Part shown: positions 1-12,590 of the stretch, in pieces | Layout: the number at the start of each line of letters is the position of its first letter | How positions within the stretch are numbered: position 1 is the stretch's first letter | From: Octopus sinensis | Taxonomy: Eukaryota | Direction: 5' to 3' | Assembly (NCBI RefSeq): GCF_006345805.1 | Contig: NC_043001.1 | Span: 110,608,001 to 110,672,000 of the forward strand | Length of the DNA stretch: 64,000 nucleotides | Made by a program: the position numbers and the translations under genes | The notes under the pieces: generated by a model | What the model saw: the letters and a program-made list of their open reading frames with translations, nothing else | Told to the model about the DNA's origin: nothing | The model's database searches: none

Positions 1-303
1 ATACAGAACTGACTCTCCCGTCGAAGACGGCATATGAGCGTCCCACTACTTTGCCGAACGACCTGCACGAGGGAATTGTTTATAGTGATCAAATCTCTGA
101 GCCGCACATTAGCTCACTCCCTCCATTAAATCGACGTTGTCTGAAAAGGTGCACTGTGTGCCACTCGTCAGGTGTCGAAATGATTGCGGAGCAACGTGAG
201 ATGAAGTGTTTTGCTTCAAGAAAACATCATCGGGTCGAGGAATTGAAACCGTTATCTAGCGATCGTTAATCCAACATCCTAACGACTAGTCCATGCTCCC
301 TCA
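1..303 (-). mobile_element. Degenerate tRNA-head/CORE-type SINE with its own tail variant, cut by the window edge
   Basis: The plus strand has GGAGCAACGTGAGATGAAGTGTTTTGCT...CCTAACGACTAGTCCATGCTCCCTCAC. This matches the head and CORE block of the cleaner copy at 18441-18770. Confidence 0.6.
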
Positions 304-1324
304 CATACCTACATACATACGTACATGTACAGTGTATGCAGCTGTGCAGCGACACTTTTATATATTATAAAAGAAAATAAATAAGTCATTAATAATCTTT
401 AAATGCATCTTAATATCAGACTGTAATCTATAAATGAAGGTCGCCAATTTTTTCTGTACTTGGGGAGATTTCACGTCTTTTAGCTTCTGTCTCTACATCA
501 AGTCGCAGTATCCCATAGCATTATCTTAACATGTCTTTTACATTTCAGCTGTAAAGATGCTGGCTACAAAGATGCCTAATCTGTCCTTCGTTTTTTTTTA
601 AAGACTATGCTATTTCTTCGTTTTATCAAGCTGCAGAAGATTTTATCTAAATATCAGCTAAATATATTTAGATGTCGCTAAGCAGAAAATTTTTATCATT
701 TTCTTAAATTATGTAAGATTTGTATGATTGTTATTGCATCAAAATTTTGCAAGCTTTTATAGCTTCAACTTTTATTACAAATGTTAAATTTAAATTTTAT
801 TTCAAAGTATTTTGAATATTTAATAAATTTCTCGCATACTAATTTATTTTCATTGATCTCTTTGTAGAGTTTGCTGGATTCTTGCATCATATAAGACAGT
901 CGAAAGTCTGACTTTGCTGGAAGATTTTAATATTTATAGATCAACTTCTAGTGGGCGGACCGTATCAACAAGAGGTTAATGAAATGTGTCTATGGTTTCC
1001 TTTAAATATTCACTTTAATATTCGTCATTCCAGTTACTGTGAAATACGTAAGCGTCAAATATTAATATCGCTTCTATCAGCTAGACAGTCATCCATCAAA
1101 ACAACCACAGAATTTGACGGCTGAATGTTTATGTACCCCACGTTCTAACTTCTCATTGCATCTCATACGAAATTAAGTGTTCGCGCTTCTAAAGTTTTCT
1201 CTATGAAAATTTAACACTATACGATTAGAACTAATTTTCGTAGAGAAAATGTGAGATTTGAAGGCTGTTTAATTAATATTTCTAGCTGTCTCTGTCAACA
1301 AAATAGAGTATGTTTTTCGCTCAA

Positions 1325-1700
1325 TTTTTTTTCTGTAGTTTGAGCCCAGAGCTGCGGCCATGCGGATGCATTGCCATTTTGCTACACTGTTATTATCGAG
1401 AGCCTCTGCCAACATGTGGCACTTGGTGAAGAATGGAGTTTGATATAGCTACCCACATTTGCACCTCTTGCCGCGATGTAGGTTCATCTGGGATTCTCGA
1501 CAGGGAGACGTTCAGTTTTGATTTAAAAACGCCTACATCTACTTTGTGCAGGTACCTCAGGCTTTTGGAGAGAATATTAAAAAGCTGTGGGCCCTTGAAA
1601 GCCAGGCTGTTGCAGTAACTGATCCTGAAGCATGATGGCGTTGCTGGGATCTATGCAGTGTCGTCTCGTTCTGGCATTGATGTAGCTTTCAATGCCAAAT
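1325..1700 (-). mobile_element. CR1-group LINE, 3' end of ORF2 plus 3' tail
   Basis: Minus-strand translation ...SYCNSLAFKGPQLFNILSKSLRYLHKVDVGVFKSKLNVSLSRIPDEPTSRQ...SNSILHQ resembles a CR1-type ORF2 C-terminus. The tail reads GCATGGCCGCAGCTCTGGGCTCAAAC followed by an A-run. Confidence 0.8.
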
Positions 1701-2815
1701 ATAGAAATTGGAAATTTCTACTTATTTAGAAATTATTTTGATAGATATTATGCGTTTTTGCTTTTTACTATTATAATTCATATTTGCTTAACTTGGATAT
1801 TCCCTCCTTACATGAACATAATCCTTCATGAAGGCAAAATAGGTGTTTACTTCATATTAACTTGTCTAGTTAACCGCATCACTTATATTTTATCAACGGA
1901 AACATATTGAAGAACGAAAATAAATTTGTATGTATTTTCTGAGAAATAATGCAACAATAAACACCCCTACCTATAATCAAACTCACTTACCTTGTAGTAG
2001 TATGATCAGCGTAAGTGAGGGATTGCTAACCAGCACAAGCATAGTGCAGTATATAGTTTACAGAAATTTATTTACGAAAGCTTATGAAATGAGTTCCAAA
2101 TTAATATGAATGTAGTGATGGGGTTGATAAAATTAAGAATTATGATAGATATGAACGACTGGATACCTTCTCAATGAATCTGTTTTTTTTTAAGGCTCAA
2201 TTCTTTTAATCCCTTCCAGTAGCTAATCTGTTAGTCCGAGTTCATTTTTGTGTAGTTGTGTCTGATTGCCTGGAGTTTCGCTGTTAGTTTGAAACTTTGT
2301 GACGTCTAATGCTGGGAACATTAATCTAGGCGACTAATTGTTCTTCATAGGAGTTGCAAGGCATCTTTCTTGTTTTGAATGATCTGAGTATCCTACCAGC
2401 CACTCGCCTGCACCATGTTGCCATCTCAGTAATATGCTCATGGAATGATCATTGCGGTTTCGAAGATCACGTTTCTACTCAGACTCTGAGGTTTAACCAC
2501 TCACAGGACCTGCGTAATCCGATAGTAATCTGATTGGGCAAATAGTAGAGTGCTTCAATATGATCACCATTGAAGTGTTATTGAAGTGTTATTTTCATCA
2601 ACCCATTTGTGTACTGCATTCAGATTTCTCGGCAGTTTTAGGTAGCCGTCAATTCACTTGAGCGACTGTAATGATTTTCTGTAGTAAAAATAGTTGTAGA
2701 TGAATATCATGCTGATAGTATGTCTAAGGGAGCCACCGCAAACAGTAGTTGCCCCAATAACATTCTCATGTGAGCTCTTCAAGTATTCTACTAAGAGATG
2801 TCTCCACGGAAAGAC

Positions 2816-2875
<60 letters not shown>

Positions 2876-4195
2876 GCGTGTGTGTGTGTGTGTGTGTATA
2901 TTTAATTATGCATGTAATATATACATACACATATATTATGAGTGTGAAAGTGACTGCGTATTACAGAAAAAAGGTACGCATGCTTACACATACAGTGTTC
3001 ATACTACTTTCTAGTCTCACGTAGAATTTTCCAAACGTCTGACGAAAGCAAATAATATCCAATGGATACTGCATAATCTTCAAGACGTGACTTATCGTCT
3101 GCAGCCTGTTTATATATCTATAATTATTGCTTAATGTCGAAAAAGTTTAAAATATCGAAGTGATAACTATTATACACTTTCCATAAGTTTCTTAGAATTC
3201 ACTTCATTTCATGCAATATAATTAAATAATTCTTATGCCATTTACGAAAATCTTTAATTCCAGATGCATAACAGCCCTTCATTATGTTGCTTATAATGGC
3301 ATTCACAGTATTTTCTTCCTGCTAAAATCATATAACACCAAATTTAATGGTTTTCCCTTACTGTATCATTGGTGCATATTTAATTTACTTATGCTCCACC
3401 TAGTTCAAACAGACTGTTTCTTGATACATATGATTACAGCAATCCAAAGACTATTATTTTTCAATAATCTTCGATGTGTTTAACAGTTTAAATTCAGCCA
3501 CATATGGATGTTTTAACGTAATGTTCCCTCACATATATATGTTCAAAGTGATTACATCGAGTGTTTTCCTGTTTAATAAGAAATTAGTTCGTTCGATCAT
3601 TGACTAATTCTACTATAATGTAAAAAACGGATTGCTGATCACCGCCGTTTATAATTCTGAAAATTTTATGTCACATTACGAATTTTAGTAGTAGAAAGTT
3701 GAATCTTAAATAAGATAGTCTTTAATGTATTGAAACGGAAATTTGGCTTCGATATGTTTACCGTTTTGTTTTTGCAACTAAAACTTATTTGTAACTATGC
3801 CGAAATGACTTCTGTAATTTTGAATGAGTTTGGAAACGGAAGTTTAAGGAAATATCGTATTGATGATAAAATCAAATAATTGTTTAATTTCTTCAACTTT
3901 CTGTTGCTTAATAATTTTTTTGTGAATTTGTGTAAAATCCGAGGTAATACAATGAGAAATGCGACTAGCCGGACTTCATATCACAAAAATCCATTATATA
4001 CACACACTAAAACACAAACACACCACACACAAATATAGACAAAAGCACACAAACACATCACACACACACACACACCATACACTCACAATATCTACCCACT
4101 CTCTCTCTCTTTCTGACTCTTTCATTAGGAACGCACACATGCACTCACTCGCGTATAGAATTACACATACGAGCAAGCGCGCATCCCTCTATTTA

Positions 4196-4540
4196 TTTGT
4201 TGTTGTTGTTGGGAACCTAGTCTCGGGAGACAATGGAGTTGCGCATCTGAAGGGGCAAGTTGAAGTTTCCCCCCCCCCCAGTTTTGCTCAGACCTGGGCT
4301 AGATGTAAGAAAATCCTGTGTATCCCAGAGCATTACGTTTGGCACCAGCTTGTTTCCATGAGCTGTGGGAAGAGTATCGAGTCGAACACTAAATGACCTC
4401 CGAATTTCTTTGAAGGGTGTCCCTTTTCCGTAACCCTGTATAGGGGCCCATACCGGCTACTCTCAGCCGGAGCCAGCTGAGCCCGGTACTCAATTTTAAA
4501 ATTTACGATACCAGGTGTATTAGGAAATTCCAAAACTAGA
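4196..4540 (-). mobile_element. Non-autonomous RTE-dependent element (SINE or bipartite LINE)
   Basis: GC-rich island ending in ATGCGCAACTCCATTGTCTCCCGAGAC plus (AAC)n. This end is identical to the 3' end of the RTE at 35610-36277. Confidence 0.65.
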
Positions 4541-6150
4541 GTACTAGATTATCCATTCTATGTTGTTCATCTATCCCGTGTTCTTACTAGAAGTAAGGCG
4601 AATTTTTATTTAATATTTGCCAGTATATATTCAGTCAAGGTTTACATAGCATCATGCTGTTATCGATAGCTATTTCCAGCAAACTTTGGTGCCTTGTTGT
4701 ACCACAATTCTATATTAGCAATTCTACCTTTGGTACTCTACTTAGCTGAAATACAATACTATTGTATTGCAATAACATGAAACTGTGGTTTCGTAGCAAG
4801 CAACTAACAACACAGTCACGCCTTCGCTTTTTTCCTAAAACGTTAAAAACTTGTTAAGGATTAAATCGGACCTTTCTCTTCAATTTCAAATATTTAGTTA
4901 TGTAGGTATATGACGATTTGAAATGTATGCTCACGAACATTAGTTTTGTATTTCATTCATTAAAAGCTATTAAAACAAATATGTTACATGTTCAAAATGT
5001 GTTAGATTCACACGATAAGAATTCAAAACGCTTAACCCACGCAATGCCCGGCCCTCACAAGCGCTGTAATTATTTGCTGCCAATAGCTTAATAACTAGAT
5101 TTTTTAAAATCTTTGTTATATTCTGCACGATATTTATGATTTCAAGAAGAGGTTTTCATGTTTTTAGCTTGGCAGCATATTATGACTTAAATGCAAATGG
5201 ATTTATACAACTTGCTCGGATTACAGATCGAATAATGAAGTTTTCAGCAGAAGTTTTTAATTAAACAATGTTTGCTAAATTGTATGGTTGATTGTAATAC
5301 TGGACTTCTATTTGGCTTAAGAGCAGAAATATTTTACTGCTACGTTTATTGATCAAGTAACCAAAAAATTTCTCTGGGAGTGGCTAGTGTTTGTATCATG
5401 TGTTTCAATAATGATATTCGCTTCTCTGAATTTTGCATGTTTTTGTCTGTTATCCCTCATCACTTCCATGTTCTCACTATGTTGTGCATCGAACCGCATT
5501 CTTTCGGAGCTACGTTAATCGCTACTCACATATAATTTGATATCATATACTGGACCATTACTAAGCAGCGAATGATCGCATATAACATTAACGTTATTAA
5601 TTTTAACCAAAGGTCGCTTGCCGCAGTTGCTACAGATAAAAAACACATATGAAGATCATATGAATCATATTTCTCACGAATGCTGTCAAATTATTGCATA
5701 TCGCCATATAAATAAACATCATTTCAACGATGGAATTACAAACATCCGTTTTCCTAACGACCATTATATGCAGAAAGTTGGGTAATCAATTGAATTAGCC
5801 ATATAAACGTATTGCTGTGTGGTTTCTCATTTATGTATGTTCGTAAGCCATTGATAACGAAACAAGATTTAACTTTAACTGCCAAGCAAACGATGTCACT
5901 CAAATTCCGGCATGCTCTTCTACTCATGTAAACTCCGTTATCTCAAGGGACCTCGCATGACATTTTTCGTTAAAGCAATCTTAAAATGTATTGTCGAAGG
6001 TATTCCGATCAGACTAAATGCCGCAAATCTTTAAAAATACCCGAAAGTATGGAGCATCAATTGAATAGAGCAGGGGGTTTCCATGGTTAAGTTCAGCTAG
6101 TGTATTCTGTACTACATCTACTGTGTTGTGTAAAAAATGCTCCTGGAACA

Positions 6151-6153
<3 letters not shown>

Positions 6154-6201
<48 letters not shown>

Positions 6202-6205
6202 TGTA
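6154..6205. repeat. (TG)n microsatellite
   Basis: Seen directly in the sequence. Confidence 0.95.
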
Positions 6206-6217
6206 TGTATATATAAA

Positions 6218-6295
6218 CAGGGTGTCCCGGAATTAACAGGCTATTTTAGAGAAATCGGGCAAATTTAAAAACAAACTGAGAGAACTTGTTTGTTA
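6218..6295 (+). mobile_element. Possible Tc1/mariner terminal fragment
   Basis: Starts with CAGGGTGTCCC, a typical Tc1/mariner TIR start; I found no partner TIR. Confidence 0.3.
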
Positions 6296-6356
6296 ATTAA
6301 TTATGATATCAAGACAATTTGCTTTAAATACACACACCCACACCCACACACCCCCA

Positions 6357-6412
6357 CATACATACATACATACATATATATATATATTATATATATATAT
6401 ATATATATATTA

Positions 6413-6458
<46 letters not shown>

Positions 6459-6468
6459 GAATAGATGA

Positions 6469-6508
<40 letters not shown>

Positions 6509-6600
6509 GTAGATAGATAGATAGATGAATAGATAGATAGAGAGATAGATAGATAGATAAAGAGATAGATAGATAGATCGATAGACGGACAGATAGATAT
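6357..6600. repeat. Compound (CATA)n/(TA)n/(GATA)n microsatellite
   Basis: Seen directly in the sequence. Confidence 0.95.
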
Positions 6601-7107
6601 ACATTGAACTATACGCACACATATGGTAGGGTGGGACTGAATTGATACTGCAATATTTCCACATTTCCCCCTTACTTGAGTGTGTGTGTCTATGTGTGAT
6701 TGAGTGCGTGCGCATGCATGCGCGTGTGTGTATGTGTGTACAAGCATATGTTTGTGAGACCAACAACTAAATCCAATAACCATGTTATTAAATAGTTACT
6801 AAGTGAAACTTGCATATAGAGGGTATGGAAATATATCAAGTATCTAGTCATTCCTTCAAAATAGTGAACACTTTCCCGCATCCTATGCAGTCCGGACACA
6901 TAAAATGTCAACACGTCTATATGTCTAGATAGATATATATATATTCGCCATGATAGATCGCTTGTCTATTTTCTCTCCCATGTTTCTCTCTGTATTCGTT
7001 TCTGTGGAAACGTTAAATACTTTTTCACTTCCCTAGCGTTAAGCTAATACATTTGTTAGTTGTCTACACCACCTGTCTTCGTTTTTTATCTTCTTTTGAA
7101 CCCTCCC

Positions 7108-7276
<169 letters not shown>

Positions 7277-7756
7277 CAGTGGTCTTAGAACAGACATTAA
7301 AATGACTTAACTACTTTATATACGGTATCAAACCGTATAAGAAAGTCTCATCACATATATGTTTCTTTGAACCATACATCTGATAATCTACAAATCCTCC
7401 AACATGCGTGTGGCATCAACCAATGGCGGTCGTGTAAAAGCTGGAGGAAGTGTCGTGAATGTGAGTGATAAATTATTTTATGTTCTAGGAATAGGATCAT
7501 TATTAGCTGCTTATTGCAATTTCTTCCGGAAAAATAAATTGTGATTGCACATTTTTGAAACAAATCCGCGAACTAAAATTTTAATAACCGGAGCGAAAAT
7601 TTCAGTATTATTAATATAATGACAGATAGTTTCCTATTTTAATTTTAATTCAACGGGAATGTGGAATAGACACAGCAAATCCATCCCTCCCCAACACCAA
7701 TGATGTTAGATAACGGAAAAATATGAATCTTTAATTTCAATTTTTTTCTCCATATA

Positions 7757-8141
7757 GCGCAGGAGTGGCTGTGTGATAAGTAGCTTGCTTACCGGGTTCA
7801 GTCCCACAGCGTGGCACCTTGGGCAAGTGTCTTCTACTATAGCCTCAGGCGGACTAAAGCCTTTTGAGATGGATTTGGTAGACGGAAACTGAATGAAACC
7901 TGTCGAATATATATATATACATAAGTTTGTGTGTCTGTGTTTTTCCTCCGACATCGCTTGACAACCGATGCTGGTATGTTTACGTCCCCCGTCATTAGCG
8001 GTTCGGCAAGAAAGACCGATAGAATATTACTAGGCTTACAAAGAATAAGTCGTGGGGTCGATTTTCTCGACTAAAGGCGGTGTTCCAGCATGGTCGCAGT
8101 CAAATGACCGAAGCAAGTAAAAAATAAAAGAATAAAAGAAT
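7757..8141 (+). mobile_element. SINE family B, near full length
   Basis: Head GCGCAGGAGTGGCTGTG, B-box-like GGGTTCAGTCCC, CORE-like CACCTTGGGCAAGTGTC, internal (TA)n, and tail GCATGGTCGCAGTCAAATGAC plus (AAAAGAAT)n. More than 10 related copies are present in the window. Confidence 0.9.
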
Positions 8142-9001
8142 ACAACTCGAGTTTTTTTTGCACGTAATTTCATTACAAATATAATTTCCGTTCCTTCCAT
8201 CGAAGATTAAGGAAAAAAAGAATGAAAATATAGATAAATAAAATGCACGAAGTAAGCTCAAACGGACTCCCTTTCACATAGAAATTATAACAAGTGATAT
8301 GAAACTCAACAGAGAAATATTTGGTGAAACAACGTAAGGAGACTTCTTGGAGTTACATTTTCATTATCGTGAGGAGGTTTTCTGAAAACCCGGCGGTTTT
8401 GAAAATAAAAAAAATGAATATCTGAAAAATACAAAATATAGGAGTTGAAAACTAATTACAGTTAAAATTTATTCGTGTTCAAAGAGATTATTTTATTTTA
8501 AGCTCTGTATAAAATTATTCTCGATGAATTATTTTGAATTAAAATGCGTTGATAACATTATCTTACTGATACTTTTTATCATAACTCGGGGAAATTAGTG
8601 CACGTCCGACACCAGATGTAAATACGAAAGAAAAAATGAGGATTTCTTTCCTCCTAAAGGTTCTATAAAACCACATGCCTCCGTTTATTGAAATTAGATG
8701 AAGCGTTTTTCCTTTTAAATTACTTTAAAAATTATTAGTTATGTAGTAATGAAATGATATATATAAAGAGCGCTTTCAAGAAGCGGAGATAATATTAATA
8801 TTTACTATATCGAGGTTGAAGATCTTTGAACTGGGCCGAGTGAGATCTTCGTCGTGTTTCAAAGAAAAATTGTCGTATTTTAATCTTTTCTTTTTTCAAT
8901 TGGTGAAAAACAAAAATATTTTGGGTGAAATAATCAAAATTAAGACGATGGTAATATAATTATAGTTTCGATACTTCTTCAATTCCATGCAAAACGATGA
9001 A

Positions 9002-10178
9002 ATTTGGTGTCGAGAAGTAATTCATGAGCATTTGTTATTTCAAATTTATCTAAAAAAAGAAAAAAAAAACTACAGCAAATTAATCAATAATATACTCTCC
9101 GTTGTTGTTTACGACTTCCTCCCTTCCTCCCCGTGTTCATAAGTTTTTTTGATATTCTGGGGTAGAAATTTACCGGTCTTGTCTCAAAAATATTCGTCCA
9201 ACCAAGCCCTCAATTCCATGTTATTTTTGAAGGATACACAGTGCAAAAGGTTCGAATCAGTCGGCGCCAAGTCTGAAGAGTATGGCGGATGAAGCATCAC
9301 TTCCCATTCGAATTCTTGTATTACAGATTTGGCCGTATTGGCGATGGGAGGACGGACGTTGTCGTGTTGCAGAAGAATGCCATTCATTTCACCTATTCGG
9401 TCTTTTTTGCTGTTGTTGAACGAAGACCTCCGCATTGAGTGCTCGGTTGCGGTTAAGCAGTTCGTAATGAATTATGCCTTCCCAGTCCCGTCATACACAC
9501 AGCAAAGTCTTTTGAGGAAAAAGGTCTTGTTTTGCTCGGAATTAAGCCATTCTTTTCGCTGCTTGATATTGATATAAAGGCACCATTTTTCATCGCCAGT
9601 AACAATGGGGTAAAGAAAACGCTTTTTGTGACCATGTGGTGAGCGTTGTCGAGCGAGACAACTGGCAGCAATTGTAGAGCTTTGATTTTTGTTGTTTTCC
9701 CTCAAAACGTGTGACACCTAAGCGCCGGGTTTCTGAAACTTACCCATTGAATGGTGATTTTGATCACAATTCATCTGCTCCGCCAATTCTCTGGCTGTTT
9801 GACGGATTTTAGTAAAGAAGTTGAATCAATCGTTCTTCATGGGAAACAACTGGTCGACCGGGTTGTGATCAGTCCATGAGGTCAAAAAACTTTGAGGTAT
9901 TGTTCCTTCTCTATGCACAGCACAAATCTCACGGGCGCAACACTCCGATTAAATTCCAAAAGCAAATGGTGTCGAAAATGTTCAGTGTTGTCTACTTGAC
10001 ATGTAATTTTAATTATCTGAAATTACACAAAATCAAAACATACTATTTTATAAAGCAAAATATTTTCTTTTAAATAAAATAAAACATGTTGCCAATGCGT
10101 TTTATTTCTGCGTGCATTTTTAAATTTGAAAACAAAGAAGAAAAAAAAAACGCTCATGAATTATTCCCCAATCCAATA
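9002..10178 (-). mobile_element. Decayed mariner (DD34D) DNA transposon; transposase pseudogene at about 10007-9080
   Basis: Motifs EHFRHHLLF, IVTGDEKWCLY, LQHDNVRP, HPPYSSDLAPTD and C-terminal NNNGEYIID* lie in different frames. Imperfect TIRs share TAATTCATGAGC (about 9018-9029) and GCTCATGAATTA (10152-10163). Confidence 0.92.
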
Positions 10179-10360
10179 TAATAATCCTTATTCAGATTTA
10201 CGTTACTATGGAAACTATTTTTTAAAGAAAGCCTCTGGTTATTTTGTAGTGAATGTTTTGTGGATGAAAACATGAAATATATATTTACGTGCCGGTTTAC
10301 CATACCTACTACTGTTTATGCGTAAATAATTTGGGACTAGTAAATTATGTTGAATTCTTT

Positions 10361-10672
10361 GCGCATGGCTCAGTGGTTAGAGCGTCGGGGCCTCGATAAT
10401 GAGGTAGTGAATACGAATCACGGACCGGAATGTGTGTTGTGTTCTTCAACATGATACTTTATTTTACATTGCTCCAGTTCACTCAGCTGTAGAAATGAAT
10501 TGTGACGTCACAGATGCCAAGCTGTATCGGCCTTTGCCTTTCACTTGGATAACATTGTTGGCATGCATGGGTGACTGCTTGTTTCCATTAAACAAACTTG
10601 CACAGACTTATGACTTGCAGGGGAACTTTCTAGGTGCAATCCCTTTTCAATCCATGACCGATGAGAATTTTT
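10361..10672 (+). mobile_element. tRNA-head/CORE-type SINE with a tail possibly derived from an RTE UTR
   Basis: A box TGGCTCAGTGG and CORE-like ACTTTATTTTACATTGCTCCAGTTCACTCAGCTG, followed by a distinct tail starting GATGCCAAGCTGTATCGG. Confidence 0.65.
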
Positions 10673-11543
10673 TACATATGTCTACGACCGTATCTACGAT
10701 TATTATGTTTTGAAAGCTTTTTTAAAAATTCACTGAACTCACTACCAGGAAAACATCTTGTTTATATAAATCTGACCAAGGGTATGCTATATTTAACCCT
10801 TTTAACTATTGCGTCTCCAATCTCACACCCACCTGAAATCTCTTAAATTACTTTTCTGTTCCTTTTCACGCACGTTTCCCCTGCTCTCCTCTACCACACA
10901 ATTTATTCTCTTCCTATTCCTGTCATATAAATAAAATATAGTTATTCAAGATATTCTGAATAAATAAATTTGTAAGCTAATATGTAAATTTCTTACGCTT
11001 TCGGAATCGTCCAGTCATCACAAAGATCTCTTGAGAATCATGTTCGTACTTTAGACCCAGTGAAATACGAAGCTGCTTATTTAATTCCAAGTGCTAAATA
11101 ACATACAAAATCGGTGAAGAATCTGTGTTACGAGCAGCGATTAAAGTGTAAGAAATTATTCATTGAAGAACTGTGGAGATAAATGCAGGAATTTCTGTCA
11201 GAGTAGTCATATTTCAGAAAATGAGAATGACAAATCCAAGCAATTCAAAAGTGCACTAGTGTTTTATCATCGGGATATATACTTAGAATATGAAGCTCCG
11301 TGTGTGACTCTTTACACGCAGCCACCAGCACATTGGAACAGACACTGATCTGCAACTACGATATTGTACAGTTGAAGAGCATAGCCGTTGGATCTTTCCT
11401 GCACAATCACCCCTTAACTTCGTACGAGTATAATTTTCAGCATCAATCGTTCAGTTACAAGTTATCTAGCATCGAACTACATACAAATAGGAAGGTATAT
11501 TTATGTAGATTCGTGCCGTAAATTATAGGTACACAAGTATATG

Positions 11544-11775
11544 TTTCTTTATTACCCATAAGGGGCTAAACATAGAGGGGACAAACAAGGACAGACAAAC
11601 GGATTAAGTCTATTATATCGACCCTAGTGCGTAACTGGTACTTAATTTATCGACGCCGAAAGGATGAAAGGCAAAGTCGACCTCGGCGGAACTTGAACTC
11701 AGAATGTAACGGCAGACGAAATACGGCTAAGCATTTCGCCCGGCGTGCGAACGGTCCCGCGAGCTCACCGCCTTA
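11544..11775 (-). mobile_element. SINE family C, full length
   Basis: Matches the copies at 18977 and 58088. TSD AGGTACACAA(G/A)TAT at 11527-11540 and 11776-11789. Confidence 0.9.
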
Positions 11776-12115
11776 AGGTACACAAATATCACCTCAACAT
11801 TCACCTGCAAAAACCCCAGTACGAATCCTTTACATTAGCATATATTTGAATTGCATGATGTATTGATTGCAAATCGTGCAGATCTATATATATGGTGGTG
11901 AAACAATGAGATGCTTCACACGTCATGATTGCTTTCCCAAGTACCTTAACAGTGTTCTGCAACAACTCATTTGACAACATAATGCACACCATTTTAGCAC
12001 TAGACACCAACAACCATCAAACCGGGCATCAGACTCACATTTTTACTCATGCATCCACCTGTGTTTATGCACGCGTGATTTTATGCAGAATAATTTTGCA
12101 TTAAGTATATACATA

Positions 12116-12290
12116 GGCGCAGGAGTAGCTGTGGGGTAAGTAGGTTGCTTATCAACCACACGTGTCCGTGTTCAGTCGCACTGTGCAGCACCTTGGGCAA
12201 GTATCCTCCAATATAGCCTCGCGATAACCAAAGCCTTCCGAGTGGATTTGGCAGACGGAAACTGAAAGAAGCCTGTCATATATATATATT

Positions 12291-12378
<88 letters not shown>

Positions 12379-12590
12379 GTTTGTGTGTCTGTGTTTGTCG
12401 CCCTCCAACATAGCTTGACAACTGATGGTGGTGTGTTTACATCCACGAAAGTTAGCTGTTCGGCAAAAGAGACCGATAGAATAAGTACTAAGCTTACAAA
12501 GAATAATTCCCGGGGTCGATTCGCACGACTAAAAAGGCGGTGCTCCAGCATGGCCGCAGTCAAATGACTGAAGCAAGTAAAAGAACAAAA
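12116..12590 (+). mobile_element. SINE family B, full length with expanded internal (TA)n(TG)n
   Basis: Head, CORE-like block, internal microsatellite and 3' tail are all present. Confidence 0.9.
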
